From: a virus
Taxonomy: Duplodnaviria; Caudoviricetes
Virus record (IMG/VR): IMGVR_UViG_2828164553_000001
Location: 57,173-121,172 of that record
DNA: 64,000 bases
Direction: 5' to 3' (one strand)
Both the position numbers and the translations under genes were made by a program. Under the pieces are notes generated by a model, which was given only the letters and a program-made list of their open reading frames with translations, was not told the origin of the DNA and made no database searches. Below are positions 1 to 9,189 of this stretch, in pieces (positions within the stretch are counted from its first letter, which is position 1; every line of letters starts with the position of its first letter).

Positions 1-507
1 GCGAACGTCAACGGTCGCTGGGTGGCCCGCGGGGGAATGCGGGCAGGAGCGGAATCGGGCGTAACGGAGTTTGTCAGGCGCGCGGCGGCAGATGCTGAAA
101 AATCCGGGGCAATACCGAAGGGAACAGCAAGCGGAGTCTTTGCTGCACCTACAGAAGATGACCCAAACGTGTTCATTCTCCACAGCCGCGACGGCTTCCC
201 CATTTATGGAAAGGCCAGCGACGGTACTCAGCGCCCTGTGCTGTTTGATCCCAACAAAACTGCTGCTGGCGTCAATCAGTGGAAACGCGACGAAGCGGAG
301 AAGCAGGCCCGATTCGATGCGCAGAACAAGCCCAAGCTCACTGTAATGGGGCTCGACCCCACACAGGCGGCGGCAATGCGTACTGCCAAGGGCGACCCGT
401 CGCTGAAGCCTACGGTACTGAAGCTGGGCGACAAACCCGCTCCAGCGGGGCCGAAGCGCACGGACGCCACCGACATGCTCGACTACCTCTCAACCTTCAA
501 GAACTAG
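1..507 (+). CDS. Internal virion protein, C-terminal part (5' truncated by window)
   Basis: Frame open from base 1 to TAG at 507; directly upstream of the large internal virion protein. Confidence 0.6.
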   Translation, partial: ANVNGRWVARGGMRAGAESGVTEFVRRAAADAEKSGAIPKGTASGVFAAPTEDDPNVFILHSRDGFPIYGKASDGTQRPVLFDPNKTAAGVNQWKRDEAEKQARFDAQNKPKLTVMGLDPTQAAAMRTAKGDPSLKPTVLKLGDKPAPAGPKRTDATDMLDYLSTFKN

Positions 508-514
508 GAATCTA

Positions 515-3500
515 ATGCCGACCAGCATCTTTGACCTCACTGCGCCTGCGAAACCGAGAGACCTCAATGAGGTTGTCGCGGAATCGACCCGCAATAACGA
601 GGGTGGACATGTAGCCCGCGTTATGCGCCGAAAAGAAGCCGAAGCGGCCGACCAGAAGCGCAAGGACGAGACGCCGTTCGGTGAGCTGGTCGGCGCCTCC
701 CAAGTGCAGGGTGGAATCGGCATGATCCACCGCGCGTACCAGGAAGACTCGGTGCTTTCCCGTGCCGATCCGGAGTGGAAACTCCCCGAGAAGTTTCAGG
801 CGGAGATGGACCAATTCGGGATCGGCACGGATCAGTGGGAACTTTTCAGCCGCGCAACCTCGCAGGAGCATTATGAGCTTCTTCGGGAATTTGCACTTCA
901 AAACGAGATGGCGAAGGAGACCCGTGCGTCCTTCGGCATGCTCTCAAACTTCGCGTCGGACATGACTGATCCGGTGTTCTTCGCCGCAGACGCTGCCACG
1001 GGCGGCCTCGCCCGAGGCGCACGTGCCGGACGCTTGGCGAATTCTATCCGCGCAGGCTTGGCAGCTGGTACGACCAATGCGGCGATGACGCTCGGAAACT
1101 CCAGGTTCAACTCTGAAATCGGAAGCGCGGATGTCGCTATCTCAGCGGCAGCGGGATTCGCATTAGGCAGCGCCCTCGGAGCACGACGAGGGGAGCATTT
1201 CGCGGAATCCGTGAAGGTCGAAGACCTCGCCAGAAGGGACATCACAGGATCATCCCAAAGCTTGGGCGCGGCGCGCTTGAATGGCCTTCCCGACAACCCA
1301 ACCCCAGGAATCTCAGAACGCTCTCTTTCGGATGCGATGCAGGCCCAAGTTGACCGTGGCGTGGACGAGGTATCCATTCAACCTGCCTTCGCCAACATCC
1401 GCCTTGCCTTGTCGGCGCAGATGGGGAAGCTGAAAGATCCAACCGCGCGTGGCGTCGGTCGGTGGCTGTTCCGCGACGGCGTGGGCTACGCAGATCGAAA
1501 CTTGGCTGTGAAGCAATCTGCAGGTGAGTACGCCAGCGTCAATCGCGCCACGCTGGAGACCCAGCTACATCGCGGCTTCAACGCAGCCTGGACGGCAGCG
1601 CGAGCGAAGCACGGACTGTCCCGCTGGGACCGCGGCGGTGAGCTGGCGTGGAGCCGAAAGGTGGCAGATGTACTGCGAGGCGTAAAGGCCGACGACGAGA
1701 CTGCAAACCAGGCCGCAGCTGCAATTCGGCCTGTACTCGATGCAACCTACGAGCTGGGCGTTCGTTCGGGCGTCTTGGAGCCAGGAAGCAAGAACCTTGA
1801 CTACTTCCCGCAGATCCAGTCCAAGCAAGCGTATCAGCGCATCTTCGGAGAGATGGGCCTGAGCGAGGACCAAGGCGTCGAGCTGTATAAGCAGGCGATC
1901 ATCGCCGACATGCGCAAGAACGGCGACGCCTCCAAGCTGGAGAAGTTCGACGAGATTGCTGGCGACTACGTAGGGACCTCCGACCGTGCCCTCCGGGCGC
2001 GCGAGAAGGCCGACGACCTGGGTGCGCTGACTTCCGACAAGCAGGCCGCTGTCCGCTCCGCCGAAGAGGCGCTGAAGGAGCTGGAGGGAATGCCCGGCAA
2101 GCAGGGCGACCGTCGCCGCAACGCAGCCCAGCGCCGCCTGGAGGACACCCGCCGCAAGCTGCAGCGACATAGCGAACGCTTGGACAAGGCCAAAGCTGGC
2201 CTAAAGGATGCGCTGGAGCATGAGCAGAAGACACTACACGCGAGGAATGAAGCCAAGAAGCTCGCCGACGACGGCGGCGTAGACGAGGAACTGGCCGAGC
2301 TATATGCCCGCGCACTTATCAAACGCGGCTCCAGCCTGGTAACTGGCGACACTGGCGCCCCCGTGCGTCCGCTCAACACCGAGTCATTGCAGGAACTCAC
2401 CGATGCCCTGCGAGATGCTGGGGCGAGCGACGCGAAGATTACGTCGGTTCTTGGTCGGTACACCGCCCAGATGCAGGAAGGCGCCAAAGCGGGCGCGGCG
2501 AAGAAGCGTATCCGCTTCGACCCGAACACCGAGATGACATTCACGAACCGCTACGGAGACGATGTGACCCTCAAGGTCACCGACTTCCTCGACAGCGACA
2601 CCACCCGTGTCGTGTCGTCGCATATCCGTGAAGTTGTCGGCTGGTCGGCCATGGCTCAAAAGGGAAACATTCGGAACAAAGCGGAGCTGGACGCGCTTCA
2701 GCAGCTACTCCGCGAGCAAGCCATCAAGGCGGGAGATGATCCTGAGAAGACCCTGCGAATGTTGGACATCGGCGTCAAGTCAATCATGGGGCGCTCCACG
2801 GAAGTCAACCCAAACAGCACTGCGTCGCGCTGGTCGCGCGCGCTACGTGACACCCAGTTTCTCCGAGTGATGAACCAGGTTGGCTTCACGCTCTTCACAG
2901 AACTAGGGCCAACCGTGGCACACGCGGGCTTGATGAACACCGCGCGATCAATCGCCTTCATCGGAGACTTCCTCCGCCGCGGCGCGGACGGAACTCTGAA
3001 GTCTGGCGAGGCACGCTACATCGAGGACCTCGTTGCGACTGGCACAGAGCACCTGCGCAGCCCTGCATTTATGCGGATTGAAGATGACGCTTTCATGCCA
3101 TCGGTCTACGGCGACAGCAAGTTCGGCAGAACAATGGAGAATGCCACGATGCTCGGCCAGCGATTCACCAGCATCGCCTCGGGCATGGCCCCCATGAACA
3201 CTGCCCTGCAGCGCATCGCAGGACGAGCAACGCTGATGAAGCTGCTTCAGCTAGCGAACGACAAGCGCGCTCTTTCGGAAGGAATGACCCGCCGGATGCG
3301 CTCCTACGGTCTCGATCAAGAGGCCCAGGACGCACTCTTCGCATCTCTCCGGGGCATCAAGAAGGTCGAAGACATCACGGAAGCTGGCCTGAGCTTGGCC
3401 GACCGTGAGCGAGTGGCGGCCTTCATGTTTCGCGTCACGCGTCAGCAGGTGATCGAAGGCGACGCCAGCGACTCCATCATGCTGATGCACTCGGCGGGCG

Positions 3501-4138
3501 GAAAGCTGGTCACGCAATTCCGTTCGTTCATGGCCTACAGCTATGAGCGGCATCTGCTGAACTCCGCCTACCACTGGAAGGACTGGAACACCTACATGAT
3601 GGTCATGCTATCCAGCTCCATCGCAGCCCTGCAATGGGCCGCGCGCACGTCACTCAATACGGCGGACGATCCGGAGAAGCGCGAGAAGCAGCTTACGATG
3701 GGCAACTTCGTGGCCGCAGGAGTGTCTCAGTCCTCCTGGGGCGGCGTCATCCAGCCCATCGTGGACACTGCGCTGCCCCTCATGGGCCAAGACCCGGTGT
3801 TCGCCAACGCCCGCTCAACGGGCATGTCGACAAACATCGTGGGCGGTATCCCGGTAGTCGACTTCGCCAACCGCGTGATGGAAGCGTCCTCTATTCCGGC
3901 GCAAGCGCTCCGCGACGACCGTGAAGTGACCCGTAAGGAGCTGGAGAGCGCAGCCAAGCTGTTCTGGTTCCAGAACCTGACAGGATGGCAGAACATCCAG
4001 CGTATGGCGCTCAAGGAGGCGGAGAGTCGCGGCTTGATAAGCGACGGCTCCGGTGAAGCTGCCGCACGTCGCGAAGACCGAGACAACAAGGAAGACTCTT
4101 GGACCGCAAAATCTCTCTTTGGCCTGGACACTGAATGA
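515..4138 (+). CDS. Large internal virion (DNA ejection) protein, T7 gp16-like position
   Basis: 1207 aa, helical, just before the tail fibre; C-terminal 'KLVTQFRSFMAYSYERHL' resembles podophage internal virion proteins. Confidence 0.75.
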   Translation: MPTSIFDLTAPAKPRDLNEVVAESTRNNEGGHVARVMRRKEAEAADQKRKDETPFGELVGASQVQGGIGMIHRAYQEDSVLSRADPEWKLPEKFQAEMDQFGIGTDQWELFSRATSQEHYELLREFALQNEMAKETRASFGMLSNFASDMTDPVFFAADAATGGLARGARAGRLANSIRAGLAAGTTNAAMTLGNSRFNSEIGSADVAISAAAGFALGSALGARRGEHFAESVKVEDLARRDITGSSQSLGAARLNGLPDNPTPGISERSLSDAMQAQVDRGVDEVSIQPAFANIRLALSAQMGKLKDPTARGVGRWLFRDGVGYADRNLAVKQSAGEYASVNRATLETQLHRGFNAAWTAARAKHGLSRWDRGGELAWSRKVADVLRGVKADDETANQAAAAIRPVLDATYELGVRSGVLEPGSKNLDYFPQIQSKQAYQRIFGEMGLSEDQGVELYKQAIIADMRKNGDASKLEKFDEIAGDYVGTSDRALRAREKADDLGALTSDKQAAVRSAEEALKELEGMPGKQGDRRRNAAQRRLEDTRRKLQRHSERLDKAKAGLKDALEHEQKTLHARNEAKKLADDGGVDEELAELYARALIKRGSSLVTGDTGAPVRPLNTESLQELTDALRDAGASDAKITSVLGRYTAQMQEGAKAGAAKKRIRFDPNTEMTFTNRYGDDVTLKVTDFLDSDTTRVVSSHIREVVGWSAMAQKGNIRNKAELDALQQLLREQAIKAGDDPEKTLRMLDIGVKSIMGRSTEVNPNSTASRWSRALRDTQFLRVMNQVGFTLFTELGPTVAHAGLMNTARSIAFIGDFLRRGADGTLKSGEARYIEDLVATGTEHLRSPAFMRIEDDAFMPSVYGDSKFGRTMENATMLGQRFTSIASGMAPMNTALQRIAGRATLMKLLQLANDKRALSEGMTRRMRSYGLDQEAQDALFASLRGIKKVEDITEAGLSLADRERVAAFMFRVTRQQVIEGDASDSIMLMHSAGGKLVTQFRSFMAYSYERHLLNSAYHWKDWNTYMMVMLSSSIAALQWAARTSLNTADDPEKREKQLTMGNFVAAGVSQSSWGGVIQPIVDTALPLMGQDPVFANARSTGMSTNIVGGIPVVDFANRVMEASSIPAQALRDDREVTRKELESAAKLFWFQNLTGWQNIQRMALKEAESRGLISDGSGEAAARREDRDNKEDSWTAKSLFGLDTE

Positions 4139-6168
4139 TTGAACAAAACCGAGGCCTGTCCTTCGTGGCTTACACCTACGAAGGCGGGCCTCGGCGCTTC
4201 ACCTGCACGTTCCCGCGACTGAAGCAGGAACACGTGCGCGTGCTTGTGGGTGACCCAAAGTCACCCCGGACGGTACTCGGCAAGTGGATCAACGCCACGA
4301 CCGTCGAGATTCCCGACCAATCCGAATACCTCGCGACGCCTTACAGCGTCCTACTGCGCCGGGTTACGCCGTTCGCAGAACAGGCGATCCTCTTTCAGGA
4401 CGCCGCAACACTGCCGGCAGGCCAGCTCAACACCGCCATCCGGCAGCTTCTCTTCGTACAGCAGGAGGTTGCCGAGTTTGGCGTCGGCACCGGAAGCGTG
4501 CCAGGCAGTGGGCTGCCGGGGAACGGCGGGGGCAACCTGCCGGATATCCAGACCATCGTCGACCAGGTCGTGCAGTCGCCGGCCTACCAGATTCTCCAGC
4601 AACGCATCCCAGAGATTGACGCCAACGCCGAACTCATCATGCAGGAGCTTCTCCGCTCCAATGAGTTCTTCGACACGAAGCGCGACTACGGAGACCGCAT
4701 CTCCGAAGCGTCCACCCGCATCGCCCTCATTGAAGACGGCGACAAGGTGACTGCTGAGCAGATCACCACGCTATTGGCTAGGATGGTCAGGAATGAGACC
4801 GATGTAGCGGCCAGCTTCGATCAGATCAACCGGGCAATCGCCACGGAGACTGAAGCGCGTGTCGAATCGCTCACCGACATGCACGCGCAGATCGCCGCGG
4901 AGACCGGAACGCTTGTTGCTCAGGCGGTCGATAGTGTGGAGGTGGTAGTCAACAAGGTCGAGTCGAGAGTCACTACGGCCGAGGGCCGGCTGGCGGTCCA
5001 CGGCGAATCCATCGCGGCTACCAATGAATCATTGGAAGTCGTCGCCAATGATGCCCAGGCAAGCACCGAGTGGCGTCAGCTGTTTGCTGCGCAGTACGGC
5101 GCCCCGGGCGCTACCGGCGCATCGGTGGCCGCCGCCGTCAAGCAGCAGATCGACACCAAGGCGACACCAGCCGAAGCACGAAGCATCGCCAACACGTCAG
5201 TGACGGCGTTCGCAAACGGCACCTTCGCGGCCCTGCAGCAGTCCTATACGGCCTATGTGAGTGCGAACGACGCCAAGTGGTCCGGCACGTGGTCCCTTCG
5301 GATCAACGGAGGCGACCCTAACAACCCAGTCGTCGCAGGTATCGCACTCAGTGCGTACCCTGGCGGATCGGACTTCGTTGTCCAGTCGGATCGCTTCGCC
5401 ATCACGACCCCGACCGCGGGCTATAGCGCTCGCAAGTTCCCCTTCGTGGTCGGGACCGTGGGCGGCTTGAGCACGGTAGGAATCACCGGGCAACTGTTGG
5501 TGGATGGATCGATCACCGCGAACAAGCTGACCGTGAACTCGCTGGCCGCCATCACCGCCAACATGGGCACCGTCAACGGCGGCACGTTCAAGACACACAC
5601 GCTCGATGTCAACGGCAACATCGTCAACGCGCACGAGTTTCGCGTCGAACTGTCGAACGTTGGCACATGGCCCATCTGGGTCGGGGCCGGAGACAAGAAC
5701 GAGAACAATGCCGTCTTCTGGGTAGATCGCTCGGGCAACGCAGGCTTCAAAGGCCGAGTATCTGCGCCAAACATTGTCGGCAACTTCAATCGCCTGGCCC
5801 CTGTAGATTGGACCGGATCGGTGTCGATGAATAACACCACGGGAATCGTCAACTTCACGCTACCTGCGCCTGTGCTGCTGGGCGAATCACACACCCCGCT
5901 GATCGTACTCAGTGCAGGCGTGGACCATGCGTCTTCGGACAATGGGCGTGCCTTCATCTACATCCAGAAGCTAGTTGGTGCGGCCTGGGTGACAGTGGAT
6001 ACCTACTTCATCATTCAGGGCTCGGGCCACAAGTTCAACCATGCGCTCAATTACGTCGGAGACCCGACAACGGCGGAAGCCACCTACCGTGTGGCCATCG
6101 CCGATTCTTCGCGCGGTGACCGCTTGATCATCACCAAGGTCCGTGGATTCATCCAAGGACTCCGATAA
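4135..6168 (+). CDS. Tail fibre/adaptor: T7 gp17-like N-terminus, coiled coil, DUF1983/lambda-J-like segment
   Basis: N-term 'YTYEGGPRRFTCTFPRLKQEHVRVLVG' resembles the T7 fibre anchor; 'WSLRING..VVAGIAL..SDFVVQSDRFAI' resembles J-type tip proteins. Confidence 0.75.
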   Translation: MIEQNRGLSFVAYTYEGGPRRFTCTFPRLKQEHVRVLVGDPKSPRTVLGKWINATTVEIPDQSEYLATPYSVLLRRVTPFAEQAILFQDAATLPAGQLNTAIRQLLFVQQEVAEFGVGTGSVPGSGLPGNGGGNLPDIQTIVDQVVQSPAYQILQQRIPEIDANAELIMQELLRSNEFFDTKRDYGDRISEASTRIALIEDGDKVTAEQITTLLARMVRNETDVAASFDQINRAIATETEARVESLTDMHAQIAAETGTLVAQAVDSVEVVVNKVESRVTTAEGRLAVHGESIAATNESLEVVANDAQASTEWRQLFAAQYGAPGATGASVAAAVKQQIDTKATPAEARSIANTSVTAFANGTFAALQQSYTAYVSANDAKWSGTWSLRINGGDPNNPVVAGIALSAYPGGSDFVVQSDRFAITTPTAGYSARKFPFVVGTVGGLSTVGITGQLLVDGSITANKLTVNSLAAITANMGTVNGGTFKTHTLDVNGNIVNAHEFRVELSNVGTWPIWVGAGDKNENNAVFWVDRSGNAGFKGRVSAPNIVGNFNRLAPVDWTGSVSMNNTTGIVNFTLPAPVLLGESHTPLIVLSAGVDHASSDNGRAFIYIQKLVGAAWVTVDTYFIIQGSGHKFNHALNYVGDPTTAEATYRVAIADSSRGDRLIITKVRGFIQGLR

Positions 6169-6178
6169 CGAGGAACAA

Positions 6179-8203
6179 ATGGCAGAAACACCAGGCTACG
6201 TTTCCAATGCAAAGCTTGCAGAGCGCATCTCGGCATTGGTAGACCGCTGGAACACGCGCGAAAATCAGATGATCGCGCTTCTGGCTCAACCCGAAGGATA
6301 CGTAACGGTCACTGACGGCCTCGGCAAGGATCACGTCCTACCGTCCTTTCTGCAGCTCTCCAGGGATGTCTCGGAGCTTGTGGACGAACTTACGGGCGCC
6401 GTCAGCGGCGCTTCCGAGTTCGCCAATACGGCCCGACTGTACGCTGAGGGCGCGCAGGCGTCTGCCAACGATGCACAAACGAGCGCTGAAGACGCAGCCG
6501 TGCAACTCGCAGACGCGACCGGGCGGGCAGAAGCAGCGGCTGCAAGTGCGACCGCAAGCGCCGCAAGCGCCTCCGCCTCAGAGTCGAGCAACCAATCGGC
6601 CGGACTACACGACAGCGCTGCATCCGCCAGCGCAGCCGATGCTGATGCTGATGCGATCCAAGCATCGAACTCCAAGGCCCAGGCCGTGGCCTCCGCAAGC
6701 GCAGCAGCGTCAAGTGAAGTCCAGGCGGCTTCCTACGCCCACCAGGCGGAAGATTGGAGCGACCAGGCACAGTCGTGGGCAAACGCTCCGGCTGGTACTG
6801 AGATTGAGCCAGGAGCGTTTTCAGCTAAACACTGGTCCGAGCAAGCCAAGGCATCCCTCACTGGCACACTGGTCTACCGAGGCGGCTGGGACGCCGGCAC
6901 TGGCGCGTTCCCATCGAGCGGTAACACTGGCGCGTTCTACAAGGTCACCGGAGGCGGCGCGATTGGCGGACGTCAGTACAACCCCGGTGACCAGATCGTC
7001 CATAACGGCTCTGGCTGGGACCACATCGACAACACCGAACAGGTCACGTCGGTAGCCGGCAAGTCCGGGGCGGTCCAGCTGGTGCCCAGCGACATCTCCG
7101 GCCTGGGCACTCTAGCGACGCGCGACACCGTGGACTTCAGTAGCCATGTCATAAACAAGCCAGCTTCGTATCCTCCTAGCGGACATATGCACACGAAGGG
7201 CGATGTAGGGCTTTCAAACGTGGACAACACCTCCGACGCGAACAAGCCAGTCAGCACCGCTCAGCAGACTTCACTGGATTTCAAAGCACCAATCGACAAG
7301 CCAGTCTTCACCGGGGGCGTAACAGTTCGGAACAACTTCCTTCGAGTAAGCGGCTGGCAATCGGTTCCCAACGATGGCGTGGTCTATTTCGGAGCGAGTG
7401 ATAGCTGGCTCTTCAAGCAGGGAGATGCTTTCAGATTTCAGGTTGAAGGAAAGTTTAATGCAGTCCTGGATTCCTCTGGGACTGTCTGGACATCCGGAAA
7501 CTTTAATCCGGCCTCCAAGGCCGATGTTGGCGGACAGCCGCGCTTCGCTGGCGTTTTTGTTGGCGCCAACAACGATCAATACCTCTACACTGAAGATGCG
7601 AATCAAAGCGTGGTACTGCGCTTCGGCTATGGCACTTCTTTCAAGTACGCGAAGTGGAATGGCGTCACCGGCGCTTTCACCGCGCCCCACCTAATCGCGG
7701 GCGGAACCGGCAACGGAGCTTACGTACAGATTGGCGATGACGCGCGTTTGGTTGACATTGGCAGGAGCCACACCACTGCTATCCAAAGTACAGCGAATGG
7801 AAATATCGGATTTCTGCAGTTCGGATCGGGACCGACAATTGGCTGGGATGGCGCCACCCTGCAAGCGGCGGGACAAGAAATCAAGCATGCAGGCAATACC
7901 GGGTATTACGGTGTAAGTGGGCGGCAGCATAGCGACTGGAATACCTGCGTCACTCAGGGCATCTGGATGGCTGTAGGCGCCACCAACTCTCCTGACAATT
8001 CCGATTGGTGGCTAGGCCACGTAACCGTACACAACGGCGATTGGGTGCAGCAGGAGGTAATCAACTTCACCTCAAATCCGCCCAAGCAGTTCCGCCGCCA
8101 AAGGCAGGGCGGTAGCTGGGGCGCCTGGCAACAATGCGGCATGGTCATCGTATCGACCACAGACCCTGGCGGCGCCGATGGCGTCCTTTGGATTCAGCCG
8201 TAA
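6179..8203 (+). CDS. Tail fibre protein
   Basis: ATG 6179 after GAGGA; Ala/Ser-rich shaft, 'VGLSNVDNTSDANKPVSTAQQ' fibre repeat, pyocin-knob-like C-terminal region. Confidence 0.8.
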   Translation: MAETPGYVSNAKLAERISALVDRWNTRENQMIALLAQPEGYVTVTDGLGKDHVLPSFLQLSRDVSELVDELTGAVSGASEFANTARLYAEGAQASANDAQTSAEDAAVQLADATGRAEAAAASATASAASASASESSNQSAGLHDSAASASAADADADAIQASNSKAQAVASASAAASSEVQAASYAHQAEDWSDQAQSWANAPAGTEIEPGAFSAKHWSEQAKASLTGTLVYRGGWDAGTGAFPSSGNTGAFYKVTGGGAIGGRQYNPGDQIVHNGSGWDHIDNTEQVTSVAGKSGAVQLVPSDISGLGTLATRDTVDFSSHVINKPASYPPSGHMHTKGDVGLSNVDNTSDANKPVSTAQQTSLDFKAPIDKPVFTGGVTVRNNFLRVSGWQSVPNDGVVYFGASDSWLFKQGDAFRFQVEGKFNAVLDSSGTVWTSGNFNPASKADVGGQPRFAGVFVGANNDQYLYTEDANQSVVLRFGYGTSFKYAKWNGVTGAFTAPHLIAGGTGNGAYVQIGDDARLVDIGRSHTTAIQSTANGNIGFLQFGSGPTIGWDGATLQAAGQEIKHAGNTGYYGVSGRQHSDWNTCVTQGIWMAVGATNSPDNSDWWLGHVTVHNGDWVQQEVINFTSNPPKQFRRQRQGGSWGAWQQCGMVIVSTTDPGGADGVLWIQP

Positions 8204-8667
8204 TGAGTGGCTGGCTTATCAAATGGGGCGGTGCATATCGACAGCCGTGGATAGTGCGCCTCAAATGGGGCGGCGCGTGGATCAATCCAGCTGCCGTTCG
8301 CCTCAGATGGGGCGGCGGCTGGGTGACCGTCTACACCGCCTACACCCCACTCTCCAGCAATGCCACTGGAAGCTCCGCTCAGTACAACAACGGCAATAGC
8401 CGCACACCTATGACCCGGCAGCTAGGAGCGCGCGCGACTGTCTACACCGCAGGAGGGAACGGGAACCTCACGTACTCCTGGTTCGTGAGCAGCTCTAGCC
8501 AAGTGTCGAATGTATCGCTTGGCCCATCTGGGCCGTACTGCGATGTAAATGTCACCGCCACTCTAAACCAAAGCGGAAGCGTCACCGTGGGATGCACCGT
8601 CACTGACGGACAGAGCAGCACCACCGCCTACGCGACGACTCGCTATGACTACTACAACACCGTCTAA
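8203..8667 (+). CDS. Small tail fibre-associated protein (3x WGG repeats + beta-rich domain)
   Basis: TAATG overlap with the fibre gene; KWGGAY/KWGGAW/RWGGGW repeats. Confidence 0.6.
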   Translation: MSGWLIKWGGAYRQPWIVRLKWGGAWINPAAVRLRWGGGWVTVYTAYTPLSSNATGSSAQYNNGNSRTPMTRQLGARATVYTAGGNGNLTYSWFVSSSSQVSNVSLGPSGPYCDVNVTATLNQSGSVTVGCTVTDGQSSTTAYATTRYDYYNTV

Positions 8668-8674
8668 GGACTCA

Positions 8675-8947
8675 TTGAACAAAGAAGAACTTACGCTCCT
8701 CGGCACCCTAGGTGCTGTCGGAGCGCTGATCGGCATCGCAAAGCTGCTGGTCTCCGATGAACCCCTCAAGCCTCGCCAGGTCATCGGCCGTGCACTACTG
8801 CACGCCGGTCTGGGCGTTGCCTCAGCCGCAATCCTTGTGCTGATCCCCGGCTTGGGCACTGCCGCAATCGTCGGCATCGCCTGTGTGTTCTCCTCGCTCG
8901 GCACTTCCGCACTGGAAGCGGCCTTCAACAAGTACCTGAAGAAGTGA
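8675..8947 (+). CDS. Holin
   Basis: TTG start after AAGGA; 2-3 hydrophobic helices and basic C-terminus; T7 gp17.5 position before the small terminase. Confidence 0.7.
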   Translation: MNKEELTLLGTLGAVGALIGIAKLLVSDEPLKPRQVIGRALLHAGLGVASAAILVLIPGLGTAAIVGIACVFSSLGTSALEAAFNKYLKK

Positions 8948-9189
8948 GCAAGGCAAGCAAGGATTCGATGGAACGCCTGCATGGCGCCATCGCAGACAAG
9001 CTGAGCGACACCATCGAGAACATGGAGGCAGGCGACAAGGGACTGGCCGCGTTACTGAACGTGGCCCGCCAATTCCTCAAGGACAATGGCATCGACTCCG
9101 TGGCAACTGAGACCAATCCGGTTGGCAAGGTAGCCGAGGCAGTCTCGAAGCATCCCTTCGATCCCTCCGAGAGCCTGAAGCACCACTGA
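8944..9189 (+). CDS. Terminase small subunit (T7 gp18-like)
   Basis: 'LNVARQFLKDNGI' motif; overlaps the start of the large terminase. Confidence 0.8.
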   Translation: MSKASKDSMERLHGAIADKLSDTIENMEAGDKGLAALLNVARQFLKDNGIDSVATETNPVGKVAEAVSKHPFDPSESLKHH

